A stretch of DNA of 64,000 nt from the human T2T-CHM13v2.0 reference genome, Homo sapiens: NCBI RefSeq assembly GCF_009914755.1, contig NC_060944.1; one strand, given 5' to 3'. A model generated the notes under the pieces. It saw nothing but the letters and a program-made list of their open reading frames with translations, did not search any database and was not told where the DNA came from. Both the position numbers and the translations under genes were made by a program. Every line of letters starts with the position of its first letter. The first letter of the stretch is position 1. This document shows positions 59,810 through 64,000 of the stretch, in pieces.

Positions 59810-60300
59810 CTTTTTTTGCTAATTTCATGATTTTGTTTGTTTGTGTGTTTGCTTAATGTCCCACCTCCCTGCCTCACTCACAAACAATTTACTGGAGCCT
59901 CAAGAGGACAGAGGTGTGGCTATCTTGTTCCTTACTGTATCCCTATTGCTTAGCTCACTTCCCTAAACATACTAAGTGTTCAATAAATATTTGTTGCATG
60001 ACCTAGTGGTCAACTACCTCTCATATAACATCCTACTGCCCAGAGTTCAAGGTGAATGAAGGTCAAGATAACTGAAATCCATTGTGATATTTCCACTTCT
60101 GTCCTTCCAGTTGTCCTGAAATTCGTGCTGGGTGGCATTGGTTAGTCACTTCCCCTTCTAGTCAAATGCTCAAGAAACAGTCTGGAAATAATTCCAGAAA
60201 CTGAGTCTACACCCACCCTCAATGCTCTAGAGCCTTGAGAGGAAAAGCAGCCAGACATTTCCAGACACCAACCATTTCCCCTTTGAGCAGTGACATTTCT

Positions 60301-60301
60301 T

Positions 60302-60340
<39 letters not shown>

Positions 60341-60345
60341 TTTTT
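60301..60345. repeat. (TTTA)n microsatellite
   Basis: Direct read, ~10 units. Confidence 0.95.
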
Positions 60346-60389
60346 GGATAAAAATGTCACCAAAATATATCATGCACACCTTTCTCCTA

Positions 60390-60600
60390 GGAGGTGGTAT
60401 AGTATAGTAAAATGAGTGTTGGCTTTAGGTCATTTGAACTAAGTTTAAATTTTGCCTGTACCGTTTGCTGGCTTTATAGCCTGAGTCAACTGACTTAGCT
60501 TCTGTTTGTCTCAATTTCTATATTTGCAAAATGAGGAGACTATTATACAATGTTGCGAGAATACAGGTAGTGTTATATATAGAGACAAGCTGGTAGCAAG
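60390..60600 (+). mobile_element. MIR
   Basis: ggtggtatagtatagtaaaatgagtg...tctcaatttctatatttgcaaaatgagg. Confidence 0.65.
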
Positions 60601-61199
60601 TGCTTGTTCCTTAAATGAAAGCTAGCAGGCTCCTGTAAGTTGCAGACCCATCTTTTCAGGGTAAACCAGGACCAAGTAATAAACACGAATGGCTATGAGG
60701 GATGACAGCATGTAGGCCTGCTTGATTTTTGAGTCCCTGTGTCTGTTTTGTAGAGTTGCGCTATTCCTTTGCACCCTGACAACTGTCATTTCTCATTGCT
60801 ACTGGGAAACTTTCATCCCCTTATCCCTCCTCATAATTTGTTGAGTCTTACGATATATAAGCTTGTTAAGTAGACATGCAAAACCAAGAGTATAGAGATT
60901 CAGAGGGAAAGTGTAAAGACTTCTCTGACTTAGGGGGAGCATTGTCCAAAGACTTCAGACTACATAGGAACTTCTAAATTGGTGGTGGTTGGTTCTGTCT
61001 ATTTCAATGCCTATCATTTCTAGATGAAGCTGGATACAGGATAGACAATGGCTAGCTAGACCATCTCAAAAGCCCCCTTCTGGGCTGGTGTCCTAGCCTC
61101 CAGTGACACAAGGAGTGAGGCTGCATGCATCTCTCTAGTAGCTGCCCATGTCCTTCAAACAGGCCTGAGCCTCTCAAACACACTCCCATTCTCATCCCA

Positions 61200-61567
61200 G
61201 CACTCCCACCTTGATGTTTATGTTAAAGCAACAACCGCCCTGGTTGCTCCCTGTTATAGCATGCTGTCTCTCTCCTCCATGCCTGTGCTCACACTGGACA
61301 CTCTTACAACGTTGGTGAAATCTTAAGCATCATTTAAGATACAGCTCAGTGTCCCCACTGGGAATTCTCTCCTCTGAGCTCTTATGCGTATCTCCACAAC
61401 GACACACTGTACTGTAATTATGTTTCTGTCTCCCCAACTAGAGTTTGACTTTCTTTAGGATGTGACTTATCCATGGCTAGTTCACTGCTGTGTTTCCAAG
61501 CACTTAAGCATTGCCCGAGACAGGGTGGATTCTTAAAAAAAAATGTTTGTTGAATGAATGAATGAAT
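61200..61567 (+). mobile_element. L2 3' fragment
   Basis: Ends aatgtttgttgaatgaatgaatgaat. Confidence 0.7.
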
Positions 61568-62094
61568 GGTTTTTAGGCCTTGGGCCCCGCCTCATTCCTG
61601 GTACATAACATACTGAGTTTATGCTTGATGAATTGAACTGAGCAATTTGAAAGTTGTTCCACTCAATGCTCTGCTTCATTTTAAGGGACTGTAGTCCTCC
61701 TTCCTGGAGTTCTGGGCAAAACCGGCAGTCAATATTGCTGCCCTTGTGCAAAGTGTATCTTGTTTAAAAGAGATGCCCACGCTCCTGATATCATGAACTA
61801 GCAGTGGTCAGTTTAACTATGGAGATGCATCAGTGTATTCCTGATCTCCAACCACGTTTGGTAAAATCAGCAGTTTTACCTTGACAGCAAGTGCCCCTAT
61901 GGGACTCCAGCACCCTACAGCCTTAAACTGGACCAGTCCCCAGGTCTTGTCAGATTTGTGATATCTGAGCAGGTTGTTTTCAGTATTCAGCAAACCTGTC
62001 TATCTGGCTGTTACTGGCAGTGACACAAAGAAAAGTGACCTTTCCAGGAGACTGTGTTCCAGGCCACCGACCCCACTAACTAAATTTACCATAA

Positions 62095-62414
<320 letters not shown>

Positions 62415-62572
62415 CCTTTGAACTGGGCTTGGGGCTGCTGACCTCCTTCCTCCGAGGAAGCTTTGCTCCTGGCCAGTCTTGCCCATGGGCATTGCCAGTC
62501 ACATGATTCAACTGGAGGCCCATGTGGCACAGAGAAGAAAAACTGCAGACTCCAAGTGAAGAACCATCCTCA

Positions 62573-62785
<213 letters not shown>

Positions 62786-64000
62786 TTAGGAAAGGGGTTG
62801 GATAAGAAGCCTTCCAGGCCTTCAGTAAAGGAGGCCCCGATGCCCAACCTGCCCATAGTAGGTTTCTTCAAGGTGCAGTAGTGTGGGGAAGGGTAGCAAT
62901 GATCTGTCGAGTAACCTGCATGAACCAAAACGTTCCACACCTAATAAACAGATATGTGCAGGGAATATAAGTACTAACAAAGAAGTGAAAGCAGAGTCAA
63001 CCTTGCCAAACACATTTAAAATGCAAATTACATCAATTATGAACTACTTCCCCTCTACCTTTTTTTTTTTCCTTCATGAGACCTCCCTTCCCTCATACTC
63101 AGCTGATAGGAATGCGACTATATCTATTCCTTTGGGAAGGTAATTTAGCCATTTGTAGTAACAGCTATTAAAACCCACATCCTTTTTAATTCAGTTTTTC
63201 CAAATTCTGAATTTATTCCTAAAGCTATAATCCAAACCAATGAATTAAACTTTATTTTGTAACATGTTTATTGAAGCGTTATTTTGTAAAGACACGGAAG
63301 CACCAAATATATCCAACCACAGGGGAATGTATAATTAAATTACGTCCATCCACTTGACAGAACATTATAACGAAAGCAATGTAGCAACATAGGAAACACT
63401 TATGGGATAAAGATAAGAGAAAACATTAAGCTACAAAAAAAACATGTTTTTCTGGAAAACCATGTGCAAAATATGTATGTATGCAGACCAGAATTGCATA
63501 CATATTTAGGATAATGAAAGCTGTAAAAAAGGTTCTGAAATAATTCTGCATTGTTGCTGTCTAGTGGCAGAGGGGGCCCTACGGGTGATGGCAGTCTGTA
63601 ATTTTGGACTACTGTGGCCCTATAATAGTAATTCATTCATTCATTCATTCATTCATCAGGTATTTCATGAGAACCTGCGCTAATGTCTTGTTCTGGCAAA
63701 AAGAATGTTCCTGAAAATGAATTTAATAACCAACTTGTGTGCAATATACATTATCTACACACACGTGTACTATTTAATGCAACCCTGTGGGCAAATTATT
63801 TAGTGGCTTGCCACCTAATTAATCTAATTTTTACACTTTAGGAAGTTCATCACTTAGATTTTCTTCATAGGAGACAACAATGGTAACTCACTAGGGACTG
63901 GATCGTCCTAATTCCACCCATATCACAGGGTGACAATTCAAGAAAAATTTCCACTTCAAGGAAAATCAGGAAGTGGGGGTGAAACAACCTTTTTTCCTTT

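Noticed and set aside
63550-63580. Possible CTCF motif (TGTCTAGTGGCAGAGGGGGC)
   Set aside because: Several core mismatches; cannot be supported without a PWM scan or ChIP data.

Overview
Primate genomic DNA, almost certainly human because it carries an AluYb8-type element. The window is ~64 kb of intronic sequence from the receptor tyrosine phosphatase gene PTPRT (PTP-rho, R2B subfamily), transcribed on the minus strand. One 274-bp coding exon (27675-27948) encodes the membrane-proximal fibronectin type III repeat. The rest is largely interspersed repeats: Alu, L1, L2, MIR, ERV/MaLR solo LTRs, hAT DNA transposons and microsatellites. Nearly all other ORF-track entries are repeat-derived or chance ORFs. 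I see no evidence of a new gene or multi-gene system. The strongest leads are: (i) a MER41B solo LTR with two intact tandem STAT (GAS) motifs and an adjacent AP-1 doublet inside a gene encoding a STAT3 phosphatase, with a GAS-less MER41A 4.5 kb away; (ii) a tail-less AluYd fused to an L1PA3-like fragment through a templated multi-switch junction; (iii) two twin-primed, 5'-inverted L1 insertions; (iv) a young truncated AluYb8 ~0.5 kb from the exon; (v) a head-to-head inverted Alu pair with a 29-bp spacer; (vi) a 33-bp VNTR framed by inverted CA/TG tracts. Repeat subfamily calls and the boundaries of old repeats are by-eye and approximate.
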